A stretch of 63,463 nucleotides of DNA, counting the filler, from Octopus bimaculoides (Eukaryota), in the NCBI RefSeq assembly GCF_001194135.2. It is 6 parts of 5 records of this genome, joined end to end, with 100 filler letters (N's around TTAATTAATTAA, not from the genome) between each part and the next. Parts side by side here need not be neighbours in the genome. Positions count along the whole stretch, not along the records: positions 18,462 to 27,261 come from NC_069002.1; positions 27,362 to 56,272 come from NC_069005.1; 4 more parts are not named here. One strand, 5' to 3'. The translations under genes were made by a program, and so were the position numbers. A model generated the notes under the pieces. The model had not been told where the DNA came from. It worked only from the letters and a program-made list of their open reading frames with translations, and searched no databases. This document shows, piece after piece, positions 24,147 through 36,510 of the stretch. The stretch's first letter is position 1. Each line of letters starts with the position of its first letter.

Positions 24147-25049
24147 AAAGCCGCAGCAAATTTAAACGATGCTTTATTCTGAAAGGATCTTCTGAAAGAA
24201 GTGCCTGACGGATCTAAACCCGCCACGCCGCCAGGAATAGGGGAAATGTTTGAAGGGATACATTGTCAGAGCATTCTTTCATCTACATTATATCTAATAA
24301 AGAAAGCTGGTTATTATTTAATTCTACACCATCTAGAAAATTCTTATAATTTCCAATTTTGATATACTGCTGGGATGAGCATATCTGTCATATATATATA
24401 TGTCATAACCTTATCCATCTATTGTTTTCATAATCGGTCATAATGTCTTACGTTTAAGATGATTCCCATGCTTTCCCTGATGAGAAGGTTACAATTTTAA
24501 TATCAAAGATCCCTATGGATCACACAGGTTGTAATCCTTTGAAACATATGTAGGAATAAAGTATGCAATTATAACATGAGTTTTCTCCAATCCTTAAATT
24601 CTTATATATATATATATATAATGCATGTATTTATGTATGTATGTATCTGCATAGCGGATATGCACAACTCAACAGTTTTGTGCAGAAGACCGCTCGAAGG
24701 GGTGACATGAATTAAGCTTGATCATGGACCCAGTTCTTATTGGAAGTGAGTCAAACTTTAGAAGTATTCTGCAAACTGTGGAATTGTGTTCTACCATAAA
24801 CAGAATAGCAGCAAATAGCAGTAGAATCTCTGCGAATAATCTCTCGTCACACACACTTCTTTCTCCTCGCTCCACCCCCTAAACAACTCCCCTACACTCC
24901 CACTGAAACACAAATTACCCACCCATCCACCTACTGCCCACCCTCAGCTTCCCTCCCACTCAACAAATCAAAGGTCAACTTAGATCTAAGGGAACAAATC
25001 TTAAAAACAGCCGAGTATCTTCAAGATTATCTCAAGTTATTTACATCAT

Positions 25050-25050
25050 T

Positions 25051-25113
<63 letters not shown>

Positions 25114-25208
25114 ATGGGTGGTGGTGGTAGTGGTGGTGGTATTGGTTATTGTAGTATTGGTAATTATAGTAGTGGGTGGTAATAGTGGCGGCGGACGTAG
25201 TGAAGTTG

Positions 25209-25268
<60 letters not shown>

Positions 25269-25276
25269 ACAGCAGC

Positions 25277-25320
<44 letters not shown>

Positions 25321-25330
25321 CAGCAGCAGC
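25050..25330. repeat. (TAG)n/(GGT)n microsatellite field
   Basis: Direct inspection. Confidence 0.95.
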
Positions 25331-25452
25331 AGAGAATGATAGGGCTATTTTTAAAATTGTGTATCATTATTATGAATATGATATCTTTGAAAAGTGACTA
25401 ACGCTGAAATGCGAACCATCCAGCAATCTTCAGACATTAAAAGATAAAATCC

Positions 25453-25505
<53 letters not shown>

Positions 25506-25718
25506 CCTACCTATCTATATATTTCTCACTATATGTGTGTGTGTATGTACGTGTATATATATGTATGTGTGTGTCTCTCTCTCTCTGTATGTATACGCGT
25601 ATTATATATATATGCATACATATACACACATGTAAATGCTCACATAAATATATACATACACGCACATATATATAGACACATATCTTCGTATGTATGTATT
25701 TGTAACTACGCTGAATTG

Positions 25719-25761
<43 letters not shown>

Positions 25762-27226
25762 NNNNNNNNNNNNNNNNNNNNNNNNNNNNNNNNNNNNNNN
25801 NNNNNNNNNNNNNNNNNNNNNNNNNNNNNNNNNNNNNNNNNNNNNNNNNNNNNNNNNNNNNNNNNNNNNNNNNNNNNNNNNNNNNNNNNNNNNNNNNNNN
25901 NNNNNNNNNNNNNNNNNNNNNNNNNNNNNNNNNNNNNNNNNNNNNNNNNNNNNNNNNNNNNNNNNNNNNNNNNNNNNNNNNNNNNNNNNNNNNNNNNNNN
26001 NNNNNNNNNNNNNNNNNNNNNNNNNNNNNNNNNNNNNNNNNNNNNNNNNNNNNNNNNNNNNNNNNNNNNNNNNNNNNNNNNNNNNNNNNNNNNNNNNNNN
26101 NNNNNNNNNNNNNNNNNNNNNNNNNNNNNNNNNNNNNNNNNNNNNNNNNNNNNNNNNNNNNNNNNNNNNNNNNNNNNNNNNNNNNNNNNNNNNNNNNNNN
26201 NNNNNNNNNNNNNNNNNNNNNNNNNNNNNNNNNNNNNNNNNNNNNNNNNNNNNNNNNNNNNNNNNNNNNNNNNNNNNNNNNNNNNNNNNNNNNNNNNNNN
26301 NNNNNNNNNNNNNNNNNNNNNNNNNNNNNNNNNNNNNNNNNNNNNNNNNNNNNNNNNNNNNNNNNNNNNNNNNNNNNNNNNNNNNNNNNNNNNNNNNNNN
26401 NNNNNNNNNNNNNNNNNNNNNNNNNNNNNNNNNNNNNNNNNNNNNAAAACGCTGCTTTTTCAGAAAACGAGAAAAACTGTTGTACTACACTTTGAAAATT
26501 TTTGATATCTTGGCATCTGACGCAGCTGGAGATACGATAGTTTGACCAAAGGAACCGGTTATTGCAACCAAAAATACATATTGAAAAAATAAAAAAAACG
26601 CATTTGGCCAAATTTGGACATACGAGAGTTTAACATAATAGCAACGATATATGTTTACGAGCAAATGTTAGAAACAATGGTAATTAGTTATAAAGTTGTG
26701 CTAAACTTACTCTTGGACTGTGTATGTAAGTATAAACCTATATCTATCAATACATCAATGTGTCTATGTATGTGTGTGTGTGTGTGTGTGTGAATATTTC
26801 TGAATTGGCTCATTTACCAAATATGCTTTATATCAAAAACAACATAGATATCAAATTAAATGAAAGATTAGCATGATTAATTAAGCTATATAAGATGAGA
26901 GTGATTAACTAAATTATATTAGCTTAAAGTAATTAGTTATGTTTATATTGACACACACACACACGCACTCACACATACACACATACATGCACTCACACAC
27001 ACACACAGTCTGTGTTTGTGATTAGACACTTTTTGAAAATGTTATTGATTCAATTAGATTAAGCTAATGAAAGAAACAACGCAAAATACATCCAATCAGG
27101 AAAGTAGAGACAATATGAAAAGTGCGGAATTTTAGTTGGTATCAATGTCTTATGGAAAGAGACATTTCTCTGGATCAATCGGCAACGCAGTGTGTGTATA
27201 TATATATATGCATGTATGTTTATATG

Positions 27227-27261
<35 letters not shown>

Positions 27262-27419
27262 NNNNNNNNNNNNNNNNNNNNNNNNNNNNNNNNNNNNNNN
27301 NNNNNTTAATTAATTAANNNNNNNNNNNNNNNNNNNNNNNNNNNNNNNNNNNNNNNNNNNNTGGACCCAGAACGTAAAGACGGACGAAATGCCGCTAAGC
27401 ATCTTGCAAGTTCGCCACC

Positions 27420-27481
<62 letters not shown>

Positions 27482-27482
27482 C

Positions 27483-27696
27483 CTTTCTACCAAAGGCAAA
27501 AGGCCTGAAATTTTGGGGGAAGGGACTAGGCGATTTTATCGACTCCATTGCTTGACTGGTACTTATTTCATCGATGCGGAAAGAATGAAAGGCGAAGTCG
27601 ACCGCGGTAGAATTTGAACTTAGAACGTAAAGGCGGACGAAATACCGCTAAGCATTTTGTCCGGCATGCCAGAGATTCTACCAGCTCACCGCCTTA
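27483..27696 (-). mobile_element. SINE family B copy flanked by (AAT)n and (GAT/AAT/GAA)n tracts
   Basis: Reverse complement reads ttaaggcggtgagctggtagaatc...ttctaagttcaaattctaccgcggtcgacttcgcctttc...cctttggtagaaagga(tta)n. Confidence 0.85.
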
Positions 27697-27811
27697 ACAA
27701 TAATGACGCTGCTGCTACTGATAATGATGATGATGACGATGATGATGATGATGAGGAGGGGAGGAGGGGGAAATGATGATGATGAAGAAAAAGGAAAAGA
27801 ACAACAACAAC

Positions 27812-27850
<39 letters not shown>

Positions 27851-28492
27851 TAGAAGAAGAAGAAGAAGAAGAAGAAGAAGAAGAAGAAGAAGAAGGCAAA
27901 GAAGAAGAAGAAGAAGAAGAAGAAGAAGAAGAAGAAGAAGAAGAAGAAGAAGAAGAAGAAGAAGAAGAAGACGAAGAAGAAGAAGAAGAAGAAGAAGAAG
28001 AAGAAGAAGAAGAAGAAGAAGAAGAAGAAAAAGAAGAAGAAGAAATGCTAAATAACGAAGCGTCAGACTGATTCACTGTATACAAACGAACGAAGCGAAG
28101 CGCAACGAATAAAAGAAAAAAAAACAAAGAGATAAACTGACCGAAAACTGTGTAAGTAATAAACCTGATTTACTTGGAAACGTATTGATCTTTATCTCAT
28201 ACAATTAATGCATTACAAACGATCGTACTGGCTGACTTTTGGATATCACGTGTAAACAAATACACCTCAGACTGATCCACATTCTGCAAATTCCAAGCAA
28301 TATAAATAAAAAAACTGTATCATCAGTCCGAAGTTAAATGATGGTAAGGAAAAATGGAACGTGAAGGATTCGGCATCACGAGACACGAATATGCTGCAGC
28401 CGAGGAAAAGGATGAGAAGCTAAATACGGGGCTGCACTTTACTTGTCATGTCCCAAAGACAAAATAGAAAAGACATGAATACACACCAAAGG

Positions 28493-28877
28493 TTGTTGTT
28501 GTTGGCACTCCGTCGGTTACGACGTCGAGGGTTCCAGTTGATCCAATCAACGGAACAGCCTGCTCGTGAAATTAACGTGCAAGTGGCTGAGCACTCCACA
28601 GACGCGTGTACCCTTAATGTAGTTCTCGGGGATATTCAGCGTGACATAGAGTGTGACAAGGCTGGCCCTTTGAATTACAGGCACAACAGAAACAGGAAGT
28701 AAGAGAAAGTTGTGGTGGAAGAGTACAGCAGGGTTCGCCACCATCCCCTGCCGGAGCCTCGTGGAGCTTTAGGTGTTTTCACTCAATAAACACTCACAAC
28801 GCCCGGTCTGGGAATCGAAACCGCAATCCTATAACCGCGAGTCCGCTGCCCTATCCACTGGGCCATTGCACCTCCAC
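28493..28877 (-). mobile_element. Full-length tRNA-derived SINE family C with 12-bp TSD
   Basis: Box A TGGCCCAGTGG, box B GGTTTCGATTCCC, (AAC)n tail; TSD ACACACCAAAGG at 28481-28492 and 28878-28889. Confidence 0.93.
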
Positions 28878-29237
28878 ACACACCAAAGGAATATGTCTCT
28901 ATTCTACACGCATGTTTTACAGCCACAATCTACAGGAAGAATGAAATTATAATAACAAATTAAATAGAATTTGTAGAGAAATAAACCCCAGTTTAAATGT
29001 AAGGTTGGAGTTGAACAGACTCGTTAACTTGGAAGATATTCTTTTAAAGTAAAAAAAAATGTGTCAAATAGAAGACATAAGTTAAAGAGTGTATGACGAA
29101 AACAAAGATCAGATAGCAAACAGCAATAGTGCATAAAAAGCCGTTCAGAACGAAAACCCAGAAAGATAGATAAACAGATAGGCAGGTAGGTAGGTTAGTA
29201 GATTGGTAAATGAGGGGAATAGTCAGAGATAGATACG

Positions 29238-29290
<53 letters not shown>

Positions 29291-29689
29291 TGGGTAGTAG
29301 TGGGTAGGAAGAATGTGGAGGGAAGAGAGGGAGATATAATACAATATGCAAACAATATGGGGACACAACCGTATAAAAAGATGGTAAATGGATAAAATCT
29401 CTCTAATGAAAACAATAAAAAAAATACTAGAAGTTAAAGAACACCCAAAGGAAGTTATCGTAAAACGCAAATAATCCGGTGATATATAAAGCAACGATGA
29501 CCCTTTGAACAAAACAAACAGTTTGGCTCTGGTTCGAAATGATTTTATGAAGAACGAGTTAAAAATGGAATATAAATCAAAGCAACTTCAAGAGAAGTTC
29601 AACAATTCGATATAGGGGTATAAACAAGAGTATCACCACGGACAAAATTCCTTACGTCAATGAGCGCAGTACTTGCATAACTATTGGAA

Positions 29690-29930
29690 ATCTAACATGA
29701 CATGAAGCCCAGGCGCGACAAAAACTAAACTGAAGGCATCAGTACATAGGATCCCAAACTTTTGGTTCAAATATTTAACAGAGACACATAAGGTACTAAC
29801 AGAGATATTTGATGAAATACAGAAGCCCAATACAGAACCCGACTGGCAGACTGATAAAGATGGAAACTATTTTAACCCACAAGAGTAGCAATCATAAACT
29901 CTAAAGCAATAGACCCAAAACGAATCTTAT
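29690..29930 (+). mobile_element. R4/Dong-like LINE reverse transcriptase N-terminal fragment
   Basis: RIPNFWFKYLTETHKVLTEIFDEIQKPNTEPDW then, frameshifted, METILTHKS; resembles PNFWLK...PDW...TILIPK of RLE-type LINE RT domain 0. Confidence 0.55.
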
Positions 29931-29954
29931 AGTTTACAAATTCTCAACTACAAT

Positions 29955-30141
29955 AATATTGTTCTATATTTAAGAGATGGGGAATTATGTACATTATTTA
30001 CATTATTTACATTTGACGGATATGTGTCCTCATCTTGTTTGTTGTTAACACGTTTTGGCTGATATACCCTCCAGCCTTCATCAGGTGTCTTAGGGGAATT
30101 TCGAACCTGGATCCTCATTCCTAAAGTATTTTTCGATGTTA

Positions 30142-30213
<72 letters not shown>

Positions 30214-30296
30214 GGGTCACTGCCTGGAATCGAGCTCGGAAACTTGGGGTTAGTAGCCCGCGCTCTTAACCACTACGCCATATACCCACGGGCATA
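29955..30296 (-). mobile_element. Composite SINE-like element: tRNA-like head, (AAT)n spacer, Penelope-type hammerhead-like tail
   Basis: Head TGGCGTAGTGG (box A) ... GAGCTCGATTCC (box B, one mismatch) at 30296-30213; (AAT)n at about 30212-30139; tail GACAC CTGATGA A GGCTG-gagggtatat-CAGCC AAAA C GTGTT at 30089-30047. Confidence 0.7.
30047..30089 (-). ncRNA. Degenerate minimal type I hammerhead ribozyme motif (probably inactive in this copy)
   Basis: CUGAUGA core, 5-bp stem II GGCUG/CAGCC, stem I GACAC/GUGUU. The GAAA box reads AAAA and the stem III/cleavage triplet appears 2 nt short. Confidence 0.55.
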
Positions 30297-30517
30297 TACC
30301 TCCGATTTTCACAATTGTTCAGGGACCAGTAATTACGAGAGAGATGAAAGAGGACCTCATTGACAACTGAACGCGTTGATCGAAACCTCTATGATAGGTA
30401 ATCATTTAGTTTGACCACCGACCAGATACCGGGACCATAACCGGCCGCTTGGAGGAAGACAGTCACTAAATAGTGATATCAGCCCGATCGAAAGCTACTG
30501 ATAGGGACAAAAAATAG

Positions 30518-31585
30518 AGGAGTAGCTGTGTGGTAAGTAGCTTGCTTACCAGCCACATGGTTCCGGGTTCATTCCCACTGCGTGGCACCTTGGGCAAGTG
30601 TCTTCTACTATAGCCTCGGGCCGACCAAAGCCTTGTGAGTGGATTTGGTAGACGGAAACTGAAAGAANNNNNNNNNNNNNNNNNNNNNNNNNNNNNNNNN
30701 NNNNNNNNNNNNNNNNNNNNNNNNNNNNNNNNNNNNNNNNNNNNNNNNNNNNNNNNNNNNNNNNNNNNNNNNNNNNNNNNNNNNNNNNNNNNNNNNNNNN
30801 NNNNNNNNNNNNNNNNNNNNNNNNNNNNNNNNNNNNNNNNNNNNNNNNNNNNNNNNNNNNNNNNNNNNNNNNNNNNNNNNNNNNNNNNNNNNNNNNNNNN
30901 NNNNNNNNNNNNNNNNNNNNNNNNNNNNNNNNNNNNNNNNNNNNNNNNNNNNNNNNNNNNNNNNNNNNNNNNNNNNNNNNNNNNNNNNNNNNNNNNNNNN
31001 NNNNNNNNNNNNNNNNNNNNNNNNNNNNNNNNNNNNNNNNNNNNNNNNNNNNNNNNNNNNNNNNNNNNNNNNNNNNNNNNNNNNNNNNNNNNNNNNNNNN
31101 NNNNNNNNNNNNNNNNNNNNNNNNNNNNNNNNNNNNNNNNNNNNNNNNNNNNNNNNNNNNNNNNNNNNNNNNNNNNNNNNNNNNNNNNNNNNNNNNNNNN
31201 NNNNNNNNNNNNNNNNNNNNNNNNNNNNNNNNNNNNNNNNNNNNNNNNNNNNNNNNNNNNNNNNNNNNNNNNNNNNNNNNNNNNNNNNNNNNNNNNNNNN
31301 NNNNNNNNNNNNNNNNNNNNNNNNNNNNNNNNNNNNNNNNNNNNNNATATATATGTATCTATGTGTGTGTCTTTGGGTCTGTTTATCGCCCATCACTTCT
31401 TGAGAATCGGTCTTGGTACGTTTATGCTTCCGTAGCCTAGCGGTTCGGTGAGAAAGTTCGATAGAATAAGTACCAGGCTTTAAAAAAAAGTACTGGAGTA
31501 AATTTATTCGACTAAAAAATTTGTCGAGGTGTGCCCCAGCGTGGCCGCAGTCTAATGACTGAGACAAATAAAAGATAAAAGATAA
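30518..31585 (+). mobile_element. SINE family A copy spanning the 30668-31346 gap
   Basis: Head aggagtagctgtgtggtaagtagc...ggttccgggttcattccc left of the gap; body and tail right of it. Confidence 0.85.
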
Positions 31586-31719
31586 ATAATATAAAACAAA
31601 CAGAAAGTATAACGGCGAGACACTACGCATATATTACATAGACGGCTTTGAATACATGAGAAAATACGAAACTCAAATCAAACACTACACATACACGAGG
31701 CACGCAGAGTTGCACTCAC

Positions 31720-31864
31720 TTGTTTAGTGAAAGCACGCAATTGAAATGAGACAGCTGAACAACCATCATCATCATCATCATCATCGTCGACGTCGTCGTC
31801 GTCATCTACAACAACAACTCTAATAACGATAATGATGATTATGGTGTTAATAATAATAATAATA

Positions 31865-31935
<71 letters not shown>

Positions 31936-31959
31936 CAACAACAGCAATGTGGAAAACAT
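31720..31959 (-). CDS. Candidate first coding exon of the AMZ gene (speculative)
   Basis: ATG at 31959, 80 codons, then donor CAA|GTGAGT at 31720/31719 in phase 0, matching the phase-0 acceptor at 11919. Three CCGGAA sites lie just upstream (32032, 32088, 32185). Most of the exon is (ATT)n/(GAT)n repeat. Confidence 0.3.
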
Positions 31960-31984
31960 CGTAACGAAGATATGAAGTGAAGTG

Positions 31985-32195
31985 AGGAAGCGGTCACGGC
32001 TGTGATTTGGTTTCCGTCTATTGAATGTTGTCCGGAAATTTACTCAAATAAACTAAACAAGTGAATTGTTAACAACTTAACCACGCACCGGAACGATTGT
32101 TTCAGCAGTCAGCTGCTGTGATTGAGTAAAAAAAACCAAAAAAAAAACCGAAAAAACTGCCATTACAGTCATTTTGAACTGAAACCGGAAATGGT
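31985..32195 (-). promoter_or_regulatory. ETS-motif cluster, candidate promoter of a minus-strand transcript
   Basis: CCGGAA at 32032, 32088 and 32185 plus GAGGAAG near 31985, in non-repetitive sequence immediately upstream of the candidate exon 31959-31720. Confidence 0.3.
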
Positions 32196-32439
32196 TTTCT
32201 TTGATTCTCGAACAAATGTCTGGTTCATATGTCTTCATTGTCGAAATAAAAGTCTTAAGTTACAAATACTCAATGAATCAAAGAATTAGGCAGAATATGA
32301 AAGAATAGAACGAAGAAAGCTCTTTGGAAAGAATACACTATATAAAAATAAACTATATTTAGTGTGACGAACAATTCTATGAGCCTCAAGCTTCTTGCAA
32401 GTTCAAGTGCAAAGTTAGTAAGGTTTGTTGCTGTAGTGG

Positions 32440-32915
32440 CTATTATTATTATTGTTGTTGTTGTTGTTTTACTTCTCAGCACGTTCGGTCTTGTTTGTTC
32501 CGGTAGATTCTGTGAGAGCGGACAGCAGCCTGCTGTCATAGGTCTCACAGGATCTCTTTCCGCGCATTATACGCTTTGATACTTGGTTGTTAATTATTGT
32601 GGGAGACAATCTTAAAATCTTAGCTGTCCCCAGCAGAGCAGTTTTTTGGGCTTATTCTGCTCTCATGACAATTCCGATTTCTCTGACATATTCCTCGAAC
32701 TTGGTTGTTAGTGCTTTGAGTACCCCTACAACTACTGGAATGACAGACACTCTCCTCAGAGCCCACATTCCTGCAATTTCGTCTTATAGTAGTCTGTACT
32801 TTTCAATCTTTTCTAGTTCTTCGTCACTTATGTGTGCATCTCCAGGTATTGCAATTTCTATGACCTTGGTTTCCTTTTTTCTTTTATCTACTACAACAAT
32901 ATATAGCCGTTTGGG
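32440..32915 (-). mobile_element. R4/Dong-like LINE 3' end (restriction-like endonuclease domain)
   Basis: KRLYIVVVDKRKKETKVIEIAIPGDAHISDEELEKIEKYRLL then IPVVVGVLKALTTKFEEYV...QKTALLGTAKILR, followed by a short 3' UTR and (AAC/AAT)n tail. Confidence 0.85.
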
Positions 32916-33378
32916 TACTATGAAGCACTCTTTTTGCCAAAAAAGAGTGAAGAAAAATACACAAAATAAGAGAAGAGAAAAGAACAGGGCCCCGAGATAA
33001 GGCAAGAAGACTTAATATATTTGAATCATACCATTTTGCAGTGTAACGTTTGAAGTCGATGAGTAAAGGACTAAACTAGAAAATTAATTGGTTGGCTAAT
33101 CTTTCTTTAGGGATAACAGGGTGTGTAAATAAAAAAAAATAAAAATAAGTACTTCAGTATAACCGGATTTGCCAATAGGTCTAGAAAAGAAATAGTACTT
33201 AAGATTTGGTAAATAGTACTAATTAATATTTATCTAAATAACATGCCCATAAAATAATTACATTAATATACTTACTGATATATTATAAAGACCAACCACC
33301 TGTTGTCTGTAATAGGATTAACCAAAGTCCAGCCATCAATATAATCGGTCAGTTAAATTTAAAAGCCAAGGGCAAGCT
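32912..33378 (+). repeat. Left arm of ~450-bp inverted repeat (pairs with 36062-36510)
   Basis: gaagaaaaatacacaaaataagag...cagggccccgagat...aaccggattt...accaaccacctgtt...caagggcaagct is the reverse complement of 36062-36510 with scattered substitutions. Confidence 0.92.
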
Positions 33379-34040
33379 ATTGGTAGGCGGAAACTGGAAG
33401 AAGACCGTCGTATATGTATGGTTTGGATAATTCAACTTTGGAAACATAGATGATTTGCTCAACATCTTTAAACAAACCTTATTCAGGGACCTTTTGAGCA
33501 GGATGGGCTACTCGACCTGAAGAAAATTCTAACTGGACCCCACCTGCGAAGTCATGCGCTNNNNNNNNNNNNNNNNNNNNNNNNNNNNNNNNNNNNNNNN
33601 NNNNNNNNNNNNNNNNNNNNNNNNNNNNNNNNNNNNNNNNNNNNNNNNNNNNNNNNNNNNNNNNNNNNNNNNNNNNNNNNNNNNNNNNNNNNNNNNNNNN
33701 NNNNNNNNNNNNNNNNNNNNNNNNNNNNNNNNNNNNNNNNNNNNNNNNNNNNNNNNNNNNNNNNNNNNNNNNNNNNNNNNNNNNNNNNNNNNNNNNNNNN
33801 NNNNNNNNNNNNNNNNNNNNNNNNNNNNNNNNNNNNNNNNNNNNNNNNNNNNNNNNNNNNNNNNNNNNNNNNNNNNNNNNNNNNNNNNNNNNNNNNNNNN
33901 NNNNNNNNNNNNNNNNNNNNNNNNNNNNNNNNNNNNNNNNNNNNNNNNNNNNNNNNNNNNNNNNNNNNNNNNNNNNNNNNNNNNNNNNNNNNNNNNNNNN
34001 NNNNNNNNNNNNNNNNNNNNNNNNNNNNNNNNNNNNNNNN

Positions 34041-34095
<55 letters not shown>

Positions 34096-34354
34096 TGGAG
34101 AATCTCCAAACAGCCCAACTGCTGCTCTCATCATATTCATATTTATCAACCTATTATATTTCCACCTAGTTTTTCAACACGACAACATTTTTCATAATGC
34201 ATTGGTGGCCCCACACCTACGACGACTGAATCAGGCCATGTGATGGTAAATACGTACGTATACCTTGGCTGTAGTTGGTAATCCAACACCGACCGTTGTC
34301 TCTATGGACAGACTGTCTGTATTGTACACTGTATCTAGTCACCGATCAGCGTTT

Positions 34355-34454
34355 GTCATCACTTCCTGTCTTTGTAATTTTATCGACTCATTCGTTTTAC
34401 TTTCACTTTCACTTCCGATAGCCATTTACTGACGATACACTGTCGAAGGTGAGC
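34355..34454 (+). promoter_or_regulatory. Candidate core promoter and short first exon with splice donor
   Basis: CACTTCCTG (34360) and CACTTCCG (34410) ETS-type sites, YY1-like GCCATTT (34421), donor AAG|GTGAGC at 34448/34449. Motif evidence only. Confidence 0.3.
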
Positions 34455-36061
34455 TTTAGCTGGACGCATCAGATCATTTCACTTCTCACGGCAATTAAAT
34501 CTATTGACATAATTGCTCATGGATTTGTATAGCAACTGTTTGGTGGCGAAGTAGTTTTATCTTATCTTTTTTTTCATTATGTTATTTATCCCCACGTTAA
34601 TCCTGATATACCGACGTAGTTATAAGCAAAGCTGTTCCCGTTGTGATTTCCTGTCATTTTGTTCTTGTGTATCTAGGGACCACATTGCCCAATTCGTTCT
34701 TCTTCGAATAAATTGGTAGCGAAGTATGATTTGCAGGAGATTCGTTTGCTATTTCTAGCAGATCAAGATCACCACGTCAAAGCCCCTTAATAAGTTTACT
34801 TTGGTCTGCAGTGAACTCATTGCTTCAAGATAATGGTATAAGTGCGAGCCCCGTGAGTAAGAGTGGCTGTTTCATTGCATCTCCCTCGCCACCCTCCGTT
34901 CGCAACACCTTTTCCATTTTGTCTTCTGGGACCACGAGACAGTCTGACTTACAAGAGATCGAAAGAATATATAAAGGTTTATGTACAGTTCTACCTCAGC
35001 ACTGTCAATCAACTGAAGTTGGTAAACAATATACGTCGATCCTATTTAGGTCTATCATTGGGCTTGAGCTTGAACCGTGTCCATGGTGTATGACTGGCTG
35101 AAATAACAACACTCCTCGCTGAGCAGGGCGCTGCTGTGTCGCTGGGTTAACTGATCCATCTAATGCTGGACCTCGTTTATAAGCTGACTAGACTGGAATA
35201 ATGTAGAATGAAGCTTTTGGCTTAAGAGCAGAACATACTTGTCGGAGTAAAATAGTAATCAAGAGAGTCGATAGGTAAAAATCGGTTAACAACCACTGCT
35301 GTATGTGATAGGGAGACAGCATAAAGGTGAAGTGAAGGTCCTTTTGTTTGCTCCATATAACAACAGCAGGAGGTTAAGCGGTCTCAGTGGCATAGTTTAG
35401 CGCGGACCAACATCTTATAGGCTGCTCCATTAAGAAAAACTGAAAGAGTCAAGCGTTTCAAATAATAGAATGTGAATTTCTGCGTTGCTTCTTTTTGCCT
35501 TGGATGAGATCCCAAATGGAATTCATAACGAAAGGAGCTAGATTTGATCCCAGTACCCAAGTGGTGTTGGTAATATGGTTTCTCCAGAAATGAAATAGCT
35601 GAGAGAGTTCAGATTTAAGATAGGTCATAAATATGTTGTTGATATGCAGAAAACTTGACTGTCATTTTTCCCTGGCCGATAAACTATGTAGGGCCTCCAC
35701 TGCTGCTTGATTTTTGCTGTGAACCACAACGGAACACACAAAACGAGGTATTTGCGTTTATTTTGTAGACCGCATCTCAGCACAGTTCTTGGAACAGCTG
35801 TTGGTGTCATAACTTTGTCTTGTGTTTCTATAATCCCAAAGTTATATAGCATTCTATCTTAGAGACAATTGTTCCCATTGGGTCACTATTTCTAGTTTGT
35901 TAATATATATATTATATAGGGTAGTAGAGTAAGCAGTTGGAGTAACCGTCTAAGGGATAGGAATGTCCGTTTTTACTACCTGTATAAATTATCTATATTA
36001 ACACTGAGCATCTATATATTTTTATTTACTTCTTTACTTATATCTTCCCCTACGACAGTCT

Positions 36062-36510
36062 AAGCTTGCCCTTGTATTTTAGATCTAACTGACCAATTTT
36101 ATTGATAGCTGGACTTTGGTTAATCTTATTACAGATAACAGGTGGTTGGTCTTTATAATATATCAGTAAGTATATTAATGTAATTATTTTATGGGCATGT
36201 TATTTGAATAAATATTAATTAGTACTATTTACCAAATCTTAAGTAGTATTTCTTTTCTAGACCTATTGACAAATCCGGTTATACTAAAGTACTTATTTTA
36301 TTTCTTTATTATTTACACGCCCTGTTACCCCTAAAGAAAGATTAACACACCAATTAGTTTTCTAGTTTAGTCATTTGCTCATCGACTTCATTCGTTACAC
36401 TGCAAAATGGTATGATTTAAATATATGACGTCTTCTTGCCTCATCTCGGGGCCCTGCTCTTTTCTCTTATTTTGAGTATTTTTCTTCAATCTGATGAAGC
36501 TTCATGTACC
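36062..36510 (-). repeat. Right arm of ~450-bp inverted repeat (pairs with 32912-33378)
   Basis: Manual alignment of the reverse complement to 32912-33378. Confidence 0.92.

Noticed and set aside
26450-26635. TTAA-flanked DNA transposon end (piggyBac or Kolobok type)
   Set aside because: Only one end is visible and the rest is in a gap, so the TIR and TSD cannot be verified.
30213-30296. Genuine tRNA gene (also the SINE heads at 21529, 28877, 30518 and 44161)
   Set aside because: No proper acceptor stem or T-rich terminator, an unusual ACT anticodon position, and each head continues into a repeat body.
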